From Amoebidium appalachense (lineage: Eukaryota; Protista; Ichthyosporea), in the NCBI GenBank assembly GCA_963693365.1, contig CAVNZM010000009.1, positions 7,235,408 to 7,299,407 of the forward strand: 64,000 nucleotides of DNA, written 5' to 3'. Positions 1 through 14,445 of the stretch are shown here, piece after piece (the stretch's first letter is position 1; each line of letters begins with the position of its first letter). The position numbers were made by a program, and so were the translations under genes. The notes under the pieces were generated by a model. That model was not told where the DNA came from. It saw nothing but the letters and a program-made list of their open reading frames with translations, and searched no databases.

Positions 1-525
1 CAATTAATCAGCACAAGTAACAGCTCGAGAATAATTATAGACAGCGGGCGGCGGACCCGTGCTAAAGCACGCGCAGGCCAATTTTTGTAAACAAAGTCTA
101 AGGGGATTCTATTTGCTGAGATCTAGCCAATAGGACAAGGTGTGCCAGATGACGGGCAAATTTTGAGCGGTCCGCCAAACGTTATAATTATAAATGGACG
201 CTCGCAATACGAGCTGGACTCAGTCACTCTACCACAGTACATATACCATCTGCAGCAAGCCGCCAGAAAAGACTTGTGTTTATGCATGTTGTGCATATAG
301 GACGCCAGTGAGTGCCCGCTTTTCTTGTGGGATGCAACCGTTTATCAGTTAAACGCGGTTCTTCTGTCGACGTCTGTGCGTTTCAGCTCCTTGCTTACTT
401 CTTCCCATTTCAAAAGGGAAATTCTTTTTCAAAACACTTCGAAAGAAGAGTAATTGCTAATAAGAACACCAACGTCTCGCTGAAACGTAGGATCAAGCCA
501 ACGCTAGTTATTCCAATAACTGAAA

Positions 526-929
526 ATGTACGTCACGCCTCTCGACCCTGTCGTCGATGCAAGCACCGAATTTCTTCGCCATCGTAGGGAGAACTCGGTT
601 TCCGACCTTGAAAACGTATCGCAGCTCTTCACAGACCCATCCACCGGATATCTGGTTGTTTTCTCGTTATCGTGCCTAGTTTCTATCATATGTATTGTCG
701 ACTGCATACACCACACTTATGTTCACTGCAAGGCCAAAAATGCGGAAGCGCCGACGATTCGCAAGTATACCCTCGCCATTCTTCCCGTTCTTCCTTTTGT
801 CGCGGTTCTGAACACCACGACGCTGATTTTTCCAAAGTCGTATCCAATTGCAGAGTTTCTGAGTGCGGGGTAAGTTTTGCTGTTCAAATGTACGGGTGCA
901 TCTCTCTCTTCTTTTTTTTTTTTTACCTG

Positions 930-969
<40 letters not shown>

Positions 970-1504
970 TTTTTATCTTTTTTCCTGTACATGTTTTCAA
1001 GTTGTTTGTGCTCGCGTTGTGCGTTTGCGTGCTTGTGGGTTGTGGGTGTGTGGTTATGGGTAAGTATGTGGTTGTGTGTGTCTCTATGTGTGTGTGACAC
1101 ATAAGCGCCAGTGTCTGTGTGCAACTGTTGTTCGTCTTTTCTTGCATACCGAGCACCACTTCGGAAAGTGCTAGAAACCTTGCATTTACTTGCGTTCGGC
1201 CTTTGATACTCTCCCACGCACAGATATGAGGCTGTTGTTCTTCGGATGCTTCTATCCCTATACGGTGCATACTTTGGCAGCACAGCACGCATGGAGTCTC
1301 GCCTCTCAAAGCTGCCCCCCGCCAAGTACCTCTCGCCCAAACCACTCCGATGGATACCTACGCCAACCATTGAATTCAGCAGGTGTGTTCAAAAGCTTGC
1401 GCAAAAACCTGTGCACTTTTCTTTATGATTCTCGATTAAATGCTGCTGCCTTTTGTTTGCAGGAATTTTTTGCATTCCTCCGGTCTAGTCTCCTCCAACC
1501 CCCA

Positions 1505-1547
<43 letters not shown>

Positions 1548-2049
1548 ACCAACACACACACACACACATACTGCCATATACACAGACATACCTCCCCCCC
1601 CCCCCCCCCCCCACCCTAGTAGGTATGATAATGTGCTTTTAGGGCAGAGCCCGGGAGAAAGGAAGGGGGGGGGGAAAGGGGGGGCATGTGGAGGGGGGAA
1701 GGTTAGGGCATACTATGATCACACATTATAGGCTTCCAAAAACCCAAGCTTTTAAAGGGGACATATTATAATTATTTTACACATGGTGTTCTGATGCCAT
1801 GCAACAACGGGAAACTCACGTGTTTTTCGCGCTGCAGCTGCTACCGTGCCATGGTGTTTCTCGTCAACTTCCTGTTTGTGTGCCGGCCCCTCCTAGCCCT
1901 CATAGGTTGTGTGCTGGCCTACACCACCACCACTTATGTGGATGGGGACATGTCACCCAACTCGGCGTACTTCTACATCACGATAGTGCAGCTTTTCATC
2001 ATGGTGAGTTATACATCCCCCCCTCCCCCCCCTCCCTTCATCCCGCGAC

Positions 2050-2087
<38 letters not shown>

Positions 2088-2270
2088 CAAAAATGTGCAA
2101 AGAAAAAAAATAAAGCATCTCAGCCTCGCTCAGTCTATCTAAAACAGCAACAAAGTAAATCTTGATGTTGTTGTTGGTAAGGGATTCTTGTGCCTGAAGC
2201 TCATTTTCAAACTCGTAGGGAGGTATTTGGGAGACGTCTTTTTTTTTTTTTTTTTTTTGTGTGTGTGTAT

Positions 2271-2302
<32 letters not shown>

Positions 2303-2717
2303 GGGTTGTGGTGCGGGTTACGCACGGTGGTGGGAGGCCCCGTGTGTGGGTGTATGTGTGGTGGTGGTGGTGGGGGGGGGATGAGGGGACTCGGGAGGGG
2401 GGGGGGGAGGGGGAGTTTAACAGGAAGGGAGATCGTTTTTGCAATTATTTTGTCCTCGTGTAAGTGTAAATCTAACCAAATAACTGCACAGCTGGCGGGG
2501 GTGTACGGGCTGCTGGTGATTACCGGAGCAGTGCAAGAGATACTGGCTGATTGGATGCCCCGAAGAAAGTTCTGGGCTATCAAGCTGTTCCTATTGGCTG
2601 CCATCACTGCAAACACCATTTGTGGTATGTGTCCTCTTTCCTCCCCCTCCTTCTCCCCCTTCCCCTCCCTACCAGCAGCCCAAATAGCCAATACTTTACT
2701 GGATAAACGCACACACA

Positions 2718-2803
<86 letters not shown>

Positions 2804-2946
2804 ACACACACACGCACACACGCACGCACACACAAACTAACCTATCAACATGCACATGTGTACACATGCACGCGCGCACCATATACTTGGTCCACACATA
2901 CACACACACAAACACATCCACACACACACACACACACACACAGCAT

Positions 2947-3010
<64 letters not shown>

Positions 3011-3362
3011 CCAAATGATCGGTAACATTATGTGTCTTGTTAAACTGAAACATTATACACTTAAGTTCTAACTCTATACTAACTCTATTTAACTCAACAC
3101 AGGTGCGCTGTACAAACAAGGTGTCATCCCAAGTGAACAGTCTGTCATCACCGTCTCTTCCTTCGTTTCGACCGTCTTCTGTGTTCCCTTCATTTTTTTC
3201 TTCCGTGTTTCTTTCAAAGTGGATGATTATTCCCGCCCTCTACCCGAAATTTGCTGCAAGGACGATATGCAAGGCATCGTGGGGGATGTGGAAGCTCTAG
3301 GGGGTACTGGTGCGGGTAACGCCCCTACCAACGTGGTGGCTGGGATAGTCCCTGCCGCATAA
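526..3362 (+). CDS. TMEM184 / organic solute transporter alpha (Solute_trans_a) family membrane protein, 5 exons, ~353 aa
   Basis: Exons 526-869, 1224-1382, 1838-2003, 2492-2624, 3103-3362; all GT-AG, phases consistent (1062 nt). Multiple TM segments and family-like motifs: YEAVVLRMLLSLYGAYFG, CRPLLALIG, Y.DGDMSPNSAYFYITIV, PRRKFWAIKL. Confidence 0.85.
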
Positions 3363-3387
3363 ATTTGGAGGAAAAAGTGGGTTTGCT

Positions 3388-3577
3388 TATGGGGTGATCA
3401 GAGCAAGAATCGTGTTTTTGACGCCTTAGGGATGTGAGCCGAATGCCAAAATTTGCCTCGATTGGATTGGTTTGGACTTTCAGCCATTGAACCCTACCAA
3501 TCAAATCGAGTAAATTTCAACCTGCGGCTTACATCCCTATGGCGTCAAAACATGATTCTTGCTCGGACCACTCCATA
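3388..3577. mobile_element. ~190-bp fold-back element (MITE-like) flanked by TA, just 3' of the TMEM184-like stop
   Basis: TGGGGTGATCAGAGCAAGAATCGTGTTTTTGACGCCTTAGGGATGTGAGCCG (from 3390) is the near-perfect reverse complement of CGGCTTACATCCCTATGGCGTCAAAACATGATTCTTGCTCGGACCACTCCA (to 3575). A second inverted pair lies inside. TA at 3388-89 and 3576-77. Confidence 0.75.
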
Positions 3578-5481
3578 GTTTTTTTTTTTTTTTTTTTTCT
3601 TCTTTAAATATTACCATTGTTAAAATTACATTAATTATTTTTGATAATGATTATAAAGGGTTAAAAGAAAGACTTAAACCACTGAAACTAAGATGTACCA
3701 ATCCGGGCTTGAGATGTATGATAGCATGCGGCATTCCGTCTGTAGATGTATATACACACACTTGTATTATGAAATGGGTGGGGCCCCTTTTTTCTATGGG
3801 GAAGTGTGGGGAGTGGGCGGTTAGGGGAGGGGGAGGTGGGGGCGAGGGGAGGGGAGGGGAGGGGGGGGGGGGGGGGGGGGGGGGGAGGACGTTTTCGAGG
3901 GACTCTGTTGTAGGATTGGAAGATTGTGTACATATGATATACCGTAAGGCATCGAAATTCTGTGTACATACATATACCACGTTGCGTAGATTGTGTACAT
4001 GCATATTAACCGTGAATCATATACGCCTGTTAAGCTGTTGGCAGTTTAAATATTCTAAACAGGCCTGTTTAAATCGCGTGACATGAAGCAGCCGAGACTG
4101 TAAATAAAAAAACCATTCAATCGGCGCCGGCCATGAACACGGGCTTTTTTTGAAATTTAAAACTGCAAGGGGAGCAGCACAGTGGGGGGGGGGGGGGGAA
4201 TGTGTGGGTGTAGTGGAGGGGGGGGGGAGGCCTGGAGGGGGGGGGGGGGGGGGGGAGGGGAGTAGGACCCAATTATACAATGCGAGAACAGGCCAGTAGT
4301 CTCATTTTGAATCACGGATGCCAAGCGTTCGTTAAGGTAGACGTATTGGCAACCCCCATTAACTAAGTGTTATTCAACGGTTATGATACGATCACAATAG
4401 TCAACGCTATTATTAGGCAAGAACGGAATAACATTAAACCTTCGTCTAATAAAAATCAGATTGCACGGCTTAGTAGTAGGCTAACACCCCCCCCCCCCCC
4501 CCCCCTCTCCCCCCACTCCCTGCTCCTGCCCTCCCCCCCCCCCCCCCTCGTCCGCCCCTCTCCTACGAGGATCCCCCTCCCCCCTCCCATAGATAGGGAT
4601 GGAGTTTGCCCCCTTGGATCTTTCACCGTCTGGGCATCCATTTACTTGCTGCCCACTCCTTATTACAGTTTGTCGGTGTGCACTTTAGTAACACTTCGAA
4701 TCAAAAATCCTACCCCCTCCTCCCCCTCTTCTCCCCCCCCCCCCCCTCCCACTCCCCCTCCCCCCTCCCTTCCCCCCCCCCCCTCTTCCCCCCCCCTTCC
4801 TCCCCCCCCCCCCCCCCACACACACACAAACACACACCCCCTCCCCTATCTCGACTTGCTGTTGCTCGAACGACCTCTTTCAACTGTACCAACCTCAAAT
4901 GTCGCAGTTCCTTGCCAAATCGGTCACTCAATAGCATAATTCAAGGGATATATTGGCACTACCACCATACCAGCACGTGTACACATGCACACACGCTGCA
5001 CATAAAAACACAAACATGCAGACACCCATGCTCACACGCAGGCTCACGCACACGCTCGTACGTACACATGCACACACTGCTTGTACACACACACACTGTA
5101 CCACGTGCAGATACGCATACACACACACGCACAGCCTCCACACAGACACCTGCGTGCACCGACAATGCAGAAACGCTCGCAAACTCAAATAAAAGCGTGC
5201 AAACATCCAAAGGGGTGTCACACTTGCACGTGTACGCACGGCAGATGGCCGGGTGCCATGGGCCCTTGGCGACACAATGACCCGGGCGCACGCACGCACG
5301 CACACGCACGTATGATGCGCACGCACGCACACGTGCACACGCATTGCTCGCACTAACGCATGCATCATACGCAGACCACTCTACACACACGCATGCACAC
5401 TACAACGTGCACCGTCTCAGGCACGCACGAGTGGCACATTTCCCCCCTCATCTTCTCCGATTATTTACTCCCGGCCCCGTA

Positions 5482-5518
<37 letters not shown>

Positions 5519-5745
5519 GTCTCGCACCGCCAGACCTCCTTTTCCCTCTCCCCCCTCCCAAAGTCTCATTCGTTGATGGAATCTCTCTTACACACACACG
5601 TGCATCAGCCCATCACCAACAACACACGTACAACGTACATACGCGAGATAGGCAGGCACGTTGCACATATGCATGCAGGCAACAGCATGAACTTTCCACG
5701 GGACACAAGCCGTTTCGACAACACACGCACACCCACCCACCCACC

Positions 5746-5815
<70 letters not shown>

Positions 5816-5982
5816 CACACACAAACACACACGCACACACGCACACACACGCACTCACGCACACACACACTCACACGCACGCACGCACGCACGCACACAG
5901 TAAGCCGCTGTGGCCCACGTGTCGTGGTGCTCTGTGACGGTGGTGCCACCCCTGATGGAAGTTCGAGCTGGTGACTTCAGAG

Positions 5983-6074
5983 CAGGGTTCGAAGTTACGA
6001 AAAAAAATCGGAATTTCCGATATTTGAAAACACAGTTCCGAAAATCGTCCCGGCCGAATCGGAACGTGCGAGAG

Positions 6075-6137
<63 letters not shown>

Positions 6138-7092
6138 GCCCGGGGGGAAGCTTCTCATGACTTCGCAGGTCTCATCATACACGGGGCATACACCACCCAC
6201 ACAAGCTGCCCACGTACGTACGTGTCTCCCTGTCCCTGTAGAATGTTCAATGGCAGACCCTGACTACAGCGCCAGCTAGCACATGTACATGTTGTCACAC
6301 CAAACACATTTATGCACACACCCACGCACACACACACACGCACACACACACACACACAGACACCCACACACAAAATCACACACACACAGCCGTGACACCA
6401 CATATGCATCATAGCCATGCATGGCCACATGAGCATACAATGCACATGCCTGCGCATGTATATACATCACTGTATATAGGCCGGCATCCACTTCAAAACT
6501 CCCCCCCCCCAGAAATCGAACCCCATTCCCCCCTCCTCCGCTGCCCACCGTTCCCTCCACCAGTGCTGCCCCTCCTTCTCCCCACCGCCGCTCCGGCCTC
6601 ACCCCCTCCCCCCCCCCCCCCCTCTCAGGCGGATCCCCCCCCCCCCCCCCCCCCCCCTACTAGTACTCCCCCCCCCCCCCCCATTCCCCCCAGGAAGGCC
6701 TAAACATGGAATGGATCTAGATGCTCAGAGTCGACGGCCACCAGGTGCAGGTGCCATGTGTATCACGATCAGTGGCACGCGTCTTCAATGGCAGGCGATA
6801 CACACACTAGTGCACCACTGTGTTCCGTTCAAAGACGCACATGCACATACATACACAGCCGTGACACCACACAATCATGTGACCTAGGCTAGTACACGTG
6901 CACAGGCACATACTATCTCAGATCATGATAACTGTATTACAAACGTGCACATGCATCCACCCTGTACAATCACATGCTATGCACCCACCCACCCACATAC
7001 ACACACAAACACAAACACACACACACACACACACACACACAACACTGCACACACACACCATGTACACGGCGCACGCACACACACTCCGTGTC

Positions 7093-7127
<35 letters not shown>

Positions 7128-7315
7128 CAAGAAATTGTTGGTACAAACACACACACCCACACTGGCATGTACACACACATACGCAGACACACACGCCCTG
7201 CATACATACACACCACACTGCACACACACACACATACATACACACACTGTACATACATACACGCACACCATAACCGTTGACGCAAAACACACACACACAT
7301 GCACACAATGTCATG

Positions 7316-7364
<49 letters not shown>

Positions 7365-7559
7365 ACATGTGCACACATGCACACAACATAGACACACACA
7401 CACCGATTACCGCTGACACAAATACACACACCCACACCTGTACACATACACACAGACACACAAACCGTGCATACATACCCACCACACACACACACACACA
7501 ATTGCAAAGAAAAATACTCACACACACACAAACACAGACACAACCACCCAACCTGATTT

Positions 7560-7594
<35 letters not shown>

Positions 7595-7995
7595 CTCTCC
7601 CGGCCCCCCCCCAAAACATTCGATTTCTGCCTGAGCTTCCCATGTTGCTGCCTCAACTCACTCCCCCCCCCCCCCCCCCCCCCATATCTTTAAATACGGA
7701 GACAAAATGTACATATATATTGTGCATTAATGCACTTCATATTTCCCTTTTATTCCTTCAAAGATTCAACTGCCAACACCAGGAAGGCCTCTAATAACCA
7801 CAGGGGTTTTTGAGTATGCATTATAATTACATTTTGGTGCAATATAGGCACAAATAAGCATGCCCTAGTTTACTGATGCGCGATGATTACGATTTTTGGT
7901 GGGCCTGCTCCGACGGAGCATTCCGATTTTCGAAGAGGCTTTCCGAAACGGGATTTCGACTTCCGTTAATGGGCTCCACCGTCCTTCGAACCCTG
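5983..7995. mobile_element. Non-autonomous hAT-superfamily-type DNA transposon (2013 bp)
   Basis: Perfect 12-bp TIRs CAGGGTTCGAAG (5983-5994) and CTTCGAACCCTG (7984-7995); perfect 8-bp TSD CTTCAGAG (5975-5982, 7996-8003); subterminal TTCCGA/TCGGAA motifs at both ends; interior is CA/poly-C with no transposase. Confidence 0.88.
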
Positions 7996-8334
7996 CTTCA
8001 GAGTCGCCGTCACGCACTTTGGAAAGTTTGGAATGTTGTGCTTGCCTTTTGTGGGCATAAATTAATTCATTCATCCAATCATCCGAATGTAGAGCCAGAT
8101 AACGATCTGTCCAGGTCAGGGTTTTGTTCCCGGTTTCGAATCATAGGGAAGGCCAACTTACGCTACGCGTTCGAACGGGGTCTTTTTTTTCCCTTTTTTT
8201 GACTGCCAGCGGAAAGGGATTAGACGGGGGACATCGCATACATAGATTGGGGATGGGTTCAGTTTTTTTTGTGCTCCTGTGTACATGTACATTCCGCGTA
8301 CTTGTGACTGGTGGGTGCACTACTGTGAGCCCCT

Positions 8335-8367
<33 letters not shown>

Positions 8368-8716
8368 TGGCCTTTCCGCCTTTCGGAAACCGTATAAAAA
8401 GTACGAAAGTTCCAAAAACGGTCTTCAACATTTCGAACGCTGGCCAAAGCTTCAATCATCCGCCAATCGATTAAGCGCTTTAGCTATTAAATGCATTCCT
8501 CTGAAAGTGTAAACCCCATCGTGAACAATGTCGCACTTCGCAGACTCTGCAGCGCACGAAGCTCACAAAAGAAAACGATAAAAGGAAGGAACCTCTGAAC
8601 CAAACCCTCACACTCTGCACGACACAACACACTTTGTAAATTTCCACACCACACAAGCACTATTTTGCGGGGAAAAATCTTCAGAAAGCTTCACTTAGCC
8701 ATCACCATTTTTCAGC

Positions 8717-10359
8717 ATGCGTTCGCTGAGCATTCTTTTTGCCCTGTTTGGGGTGGTGGCCTTTGCCACCATTGCCCATGCCGCCAGTAATTCGTGCATG
8801 GCATCATCTTGTGCTGCGTGTATGAAGAAGTCGAGCAGAGGTTGCGTGTGGCAGCCAGCTGCACCCACGGGCAAAAGATGCACCAAGGGATGCTTGATTC
8901 AGGTGCGTGCGAGTGTGTTAGGCTTGTCAGATCTCAGGTTCATGTTATGAGAATGCGGATCCAACATGTGCATGGTCAATTAGCAGTTGTGGGTTATAAA
9001 AATGGGGACCCCACCATATGCGTTGGTCAATTAACAGGTTTGGGCCTAAGTGGTAGGGGGTCCAGCCAAAGGTTTTGTGGTAGGCGCGTCTCTGTATTTC
9101 AATGTTCCCAGTTTTCTTTTGAACCAATCGCCACTCACTAAGCTTTCAATTTCACATTACACCCACACACACAGACACACCCACACACACAGACACAGTC
9201 TCTCCATTCTCCTTTCTCGTCGCCCCGTCACCATTTTTTAACGCCTCCTTCCCACCCTCTCCCTCCCCCCTCTCGCTCTCCCCACCTCCCATCCCTCCCC
9301 TCCCCTCCCCCCTCCCCCCTCCCCCCTCCCTCTCCCTTTGGTCCAACCACACACAGGACACCTATTGTTTCCAGAAGAAGGAACAGTGCCCCTCTATCGC
9401 AAACTGCGAAAAATTCATCGGTTGCAGCGAATGCGCGGGGTACGGCTGCACGTGGCAGGGCGGAGAGAATGGCACCCAGGGAATGTGCACCCACAACTGC
9501 GGCATAATGGTACGAAATTGACCCCCCCCCCCCAAAAAAAAACCTCCCCTGGCGAACGAACGGGGTGCTGTGGCGTGGATGGGTGTGTGTGCGGGGGGAG
9601 CGGGGGGGGGGGGGTAGGGGGGAGAAGAAGGGGGAAAGGGGATGATGGGAGGGAAGAGGTGTCAGCAGGAGGAAGTGGGGCAGTGAGATTCTGAAGGGGA
9701 GGGGAAGGGGAGGAAAGCAAAGGGGAAGTGAGGGATTAGGAGAGGACATCATTCTGAGAGAGTGTTATGCAATTGACGTGTGTGTGGAACATGAAATGTC
9801 TGCACGCATGTACGGGCCCTACACTGCTATATCCTCATACTATACACCTTCTCTCCCTCCCCTCCCCTTCCCCCCTCCCCCCTCTCCCCCACTCCCCCCC
9901 CATAGGACATTTCATGCTACCGTAAAGCCAACCAATGCCCAGCCGTCCCCGTCAAAGCCAACGCCACGACGTGCCGTACCCCCAAGACATGCACACAGTG
10001 CATCAACATGGGCTGCACGTGGCAGTATGGGGGGAAGAACCCCGCCGAGGGCATGTGCTCGCTCGAGTGTGGGATCATGGTACGTGTGCATGCGCCCCCC
10101 CCCCCTCGACGTTTCATTGCTTACACCCCCCCCCCCCCCCCCCCCCCCACCTCCCGACTTCCCTTTTGCCACTACATCCTCCCACTTCGGTAACCTCTTG
10201 TCCAGCAGCACCCCCCCCCCCCCCCCCCTCCCACCCCCCGGGAAAAAAAAAGAAAAAGAAAAAGAAGGAAACCACCATAACCATCACAACGACCACCCCA
10301 ACCATTGCTCTTCCACGGCTGTAAACCGTTTATCACCCCCCCCCCCCCCCCCTTTTTTT

Positions 10360-10403
<44 letters not shown>

Positions 10404-10406
10404 GGG

Positions 10407-10441
<35 letters not shown>

Positions 10442-10566
10442 CGCTACACCTGCAATGCATGATGCATGCAGAATGGGAAGGTGTGTCTTGTATGTGTGTG
10501 GGTGTGGGTGTGGGTGTGGGTGTGGGTGTGGGTGTGTGTATGTGTGTGTGCGTGTGTATTTAGGGG

Positions 10567-10599
<33 letters not shown>

Positions 10600-11325
10600 G
10601 GTGAAGGGGAAGGAAGACACACCCATCATTACCACACCTCACCAACTAACCCCCCCCCCCCTCCCCGTCCCACACACCCAACCTACAGGACATTGCCTGC
10701 CAAAAGAACGTCACCCAGTGCCCTGCCCCCCTCCCAGCCACGTGCAATAATGCAACCACGTGCAGCGAGTGCAGTGACATGGGCTGCACGTGGCAGTATG
10801 CGGGAGATGTAGAGAAGGGGTCGTGCACTTCTAACTGCGATATTATGGTACGTGCATTCTTTATACCCCAATCCCCCCCCCCCCCAAAAAAATTTCCTCC
10901 CCCCTGCCCCCCGACATCCTCCTCTCCCTCACACATACTTCCTCTCCCTCCCACACACATTCACACATTCACTTTTTCAATTTCACACGCTCTCTATCCA
11001 TTTCACACAGTTTCTACCCACTAAACATTCTCTCTCTTCTCTCTTTCTTCCCCCCGTTGCTTTCCCCGTGCAGACAATTTCTTGGCTCGTGTCTTCCTCA
11101 AACTTTTTTTCAGAACACCAATGTATCGAGTCACTGACCGTACCTACACACATACACACCCTTCCCCTCTTCCCCCTCCCTCTCCCCCCCTCCCTCCCCA
11201 TCTCATCCTCCCCCCACCCCCACCTCTCCAACCCCTCCCTCCCCCTCCCATCTTCCCCTCCATCCCTGCCTCTCCACCCTCCCTCACCCCCCCCCCCCCC
11301 CACCTCTCCACACGCCCTCCTGTCG

Positions 11326-11359
<34 letters not shown>

Positions 11360-11884
11360 CTCTCCACACGCCCTCCTGTCCCCCCCCCCCCCTCCCCACA
11401 CACACACACACAAACGTACACGTACAGGACATTGCCTGCCTGAAGAATCTTGCCTGCCCAGCCGAGGCCAGCCCCGCCGTGTGCCCCACGTACAAGGACT
11501 GTGGCACGTGCATGGACTATGGCTGCACGTGGCAGTATGCTCCTAATGAGCCGAGCAGTGTCAAGGGAATGTGCACACACAAGTGCGGCGTTCAGGTATA
11601 GTAATGCAAGATACACACAGACATGCAGGACATACAGACACACCATAATTAGATATATATATATATATATATATCTGTCTCTGTCTCTCTCTATCTCTCT
11701 TTCTGCCTCTGTCTCCCCCCCTCCCCCCGATTTCTTGTGGTGTGCTGTACCTGCCGTCTTTCACTTGATCCCTTCTTAGCATACCCACCCCCACCTTTGC
11801 ACCCCCCCCCCCCCCAAAAAAAAAAACAAAAACAAAAAAAAAACAAAATAAAGAAAAATAGAGACACTACAACCACTGGCACAG

Positions 11885-11919
<35 letters not shown>

Positions 11920-12391
11920 CTCCCGCTCTTATTGCTCTTTAACAATAAGCCCCCCTCCCCCCCCCCCCCCCCCCTTCCCCCACACACACACACACCACCC
12001 CACACCCCCTCCCCCCGGGGGCCCGCTTTCTTGATGCGTTTGTTTCTTTCAATCCCTGTTTTTGTGCAGCTGCCCCTTTTTTCATGATACATATGTTTCA
12101 CTCCTGGAGTCTGCCTTACCCCGTTTATCGATATCCCACATTTTATAATATATGATCCCCCCCCCCCCCCTCCCACCACCACCACCACCTCCCCCCTCCC
12201 CCCCCCCCCCCCCCCCCCCTTTTCATTGATGCCCCCTCCCCCCCCCCCCCCCCCCCCCCCTTTTTTTTTTTCTCCTTGTCTATCTCTGTTTTACGTTCTA
12301 ACTTTTTTTTTCTTTACCGTGACAGGACATTGCCTGCGTGCAGGAGAGCTCTATGAAGTGCCCCAACAGGGCCCCCCAGCCGTTCTTCTAA
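8717..12391 (+). CDS. Secreted cysteine-rich repeat protein (signal peptide + five 8-Cys PSI-like modules), 6 exons, ~301 aa
   Basis: Exons 8717-8902, 9357-9509, 9906-10079, 10689-10847, 11428-11595, 12326-12391; all introns phase 0. N-terminus MRSLSILFALFGVVAFATIAHA. Repeated C-x4-5-C-xx-C-xn-GC-x-WQ-xn-C-xxx-C-xxx|D-xx-C-x5-7-CP. Confidence 0.9.
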
Positions 12392-12900
12392 ACCCAAATT
12401 GGACTGACGCCATTGCCACCTCTTATCGGGAATAGTATTAGTAAGTAGAGTAAGTAGATGTTTTAATGCCGAACATTGTTTTGCTATTATACTATTTGTT
12501 GTCTTGCACTAAAATGTTTCCTTGATTGCTGATATTTATATGGGGTTTAAGCTGTTCACTCGAGGCAAAGAGAGACCAGTCTCAGGTATGGAGGGGGGTT
12601 TGCTCGGAATATCCCCTCAGCGGTATATCATGATCAAGTACATAGGTGTCGGGTGATGATTATATATCAGGGTTTTCTTACTCTGCGATATTATAAATAT
12701 CGTATCGTATTGTTTATCATACTGTATTGCCAATAGTTTGCAATGGCTCAACTTCTAAGTAGACCCGTTTTGCCAACTGGGGCTGGTACCCACCCAATAA
12801 TAAACGGCGGTCTTGAATATCCAGATATATTAAATAGGCAAAAACAGGATCTTTGGTTTTTCGGGTGTAACGTTGCCGGTGTGTGTGATGTGTGTGTGTG

Positions 12901-12938
<38 letters not shown>

Positions 12939-12954
12939 CGTGTGTACGTGTGTG

Positions 12955-12997
<43 letters not shown>

Positions 12998-13899
12998 CGG
13001 TGGTTGCCGATTAGGGTGCATACCCTTGAGGCATTGGAGCACTCACGGTAGATTTGCATGGAATCTGAATTTATCTCGTTTAGTATATCTCTTGACAACC
13101 CCACCACACTTCATAAAGTGAAAACGTTAACACTACTAACATGCACCACACATACATACACACAGCGTGTGGTACACCACGTCGACGCACGCGGAATATT
13201 TGGCGAAAAGCCGCATATAACAGAAGATGTGCTCTCTCACAAGTTTGTGGCAGATGAAAGGATGTCATATTCGTGAGTCTTTAAATTTTCGATATCCATG
13301 TTTATTTTCTTTAACAGTCTTTAAATTTTAAATCTCGTTTGGGGTCGATTCTCAACTTCCGCCATGTTGACATTCTCGATCTGTCACACGTTCTTGTGAC
13401 AAAGCTGCAACGACATGCATATTCCTACTATTTTTATAGTTTCATTGTGCATGGGTATATGCATTCTCTATGGCTGCAGCAACGGGGTAGATATATGTGC
13501 TTGGACATACAGCACCCACACATATATTTGTAGTAGCAAGTAAGAGCTAAAGCTGATTTTGAGTGTTTCGCGTCTTCCAATGGCTTCGATCACCCTTGCT
13601 GGCTGGTATGTAATATCAGAGCATATTTCAACCGGGTCTGTTAGCTACCTAATACCTGCTATGATTACATGACACACAAATAGACCGGGAAGATATTCGC
13701 TATTCATAAACATACACATTCTTTTAACAGCGCGATTCAGCCAATACCCCAACATAGACAACCTCTCATTCCTGATTATTCTAATACGCCTACCCAAATC
13801 CCTATACAGGCTCACTTAGCCATCCCAAAAACCAAACGACCACCTCCTACCGTAGTTATATAAGGCCCCACCTAAATCCGGCCACCATCCAAGGAAATT

Positions 13900-14100
13900 T
13901 TAGACCCCGGCAGGTCCAGCCAGCAGTTTCTTCAGTGCCACATCGATGAAGTCCACATCCTCTGGGTTGGTCCCCGGCCCCCCTGCCCAGTGGCCCCAAA
14001 TGGACGGAATTACAAGGAGCTCGGCATTGCTCATGCCGGAAACCTGCATGGTGGGTGTATGGGTGGGTGGGTGTGCGGGGAGGGAGGGAGGGGGGGGGGG

Positions 14101-14136
<36 letters not shown>

Positions 14137-14406
14137 GGGGCGGGCATAGGGCCAAATAGTCACAACATCTGGCCTGGGCCGGAAACCAGATAAAATCAAA
14201 TTCAATAAGGCGATTGGATCTGCAATTCCATGGCCACTTTCAAAAAATCGAGCTATTTCGTTGGATCCGCAATTCCACTTTGAAATGTGTGTTGTGACTG
14301 TTCGGTCAGATAGGGGGGGGGGATAGTGGGTCCGGTTGGGTGGGGCGGGGGTGGGTGCGTGGTTGGGTGCGTGGGTGGGGGGTCACCGGGTGGTGGTGGT
14401 GGTGGT

Positions 14407-14445
<39 letters not shown>

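Noticed and set aside
31-191. Weak inverted repeat (ATAATTATA...GGCGGACC / GGTCCGCC...TATAATTAT)
   Set aside because: Too degenerate, with no clear TSD, to call an element.
8117-8442. Second hAT-like element (TTCGAACGCTG end at 8432-8442)
   Set aside because: No convincing matching left TIR or 8-bp TSD; at most a remnant.
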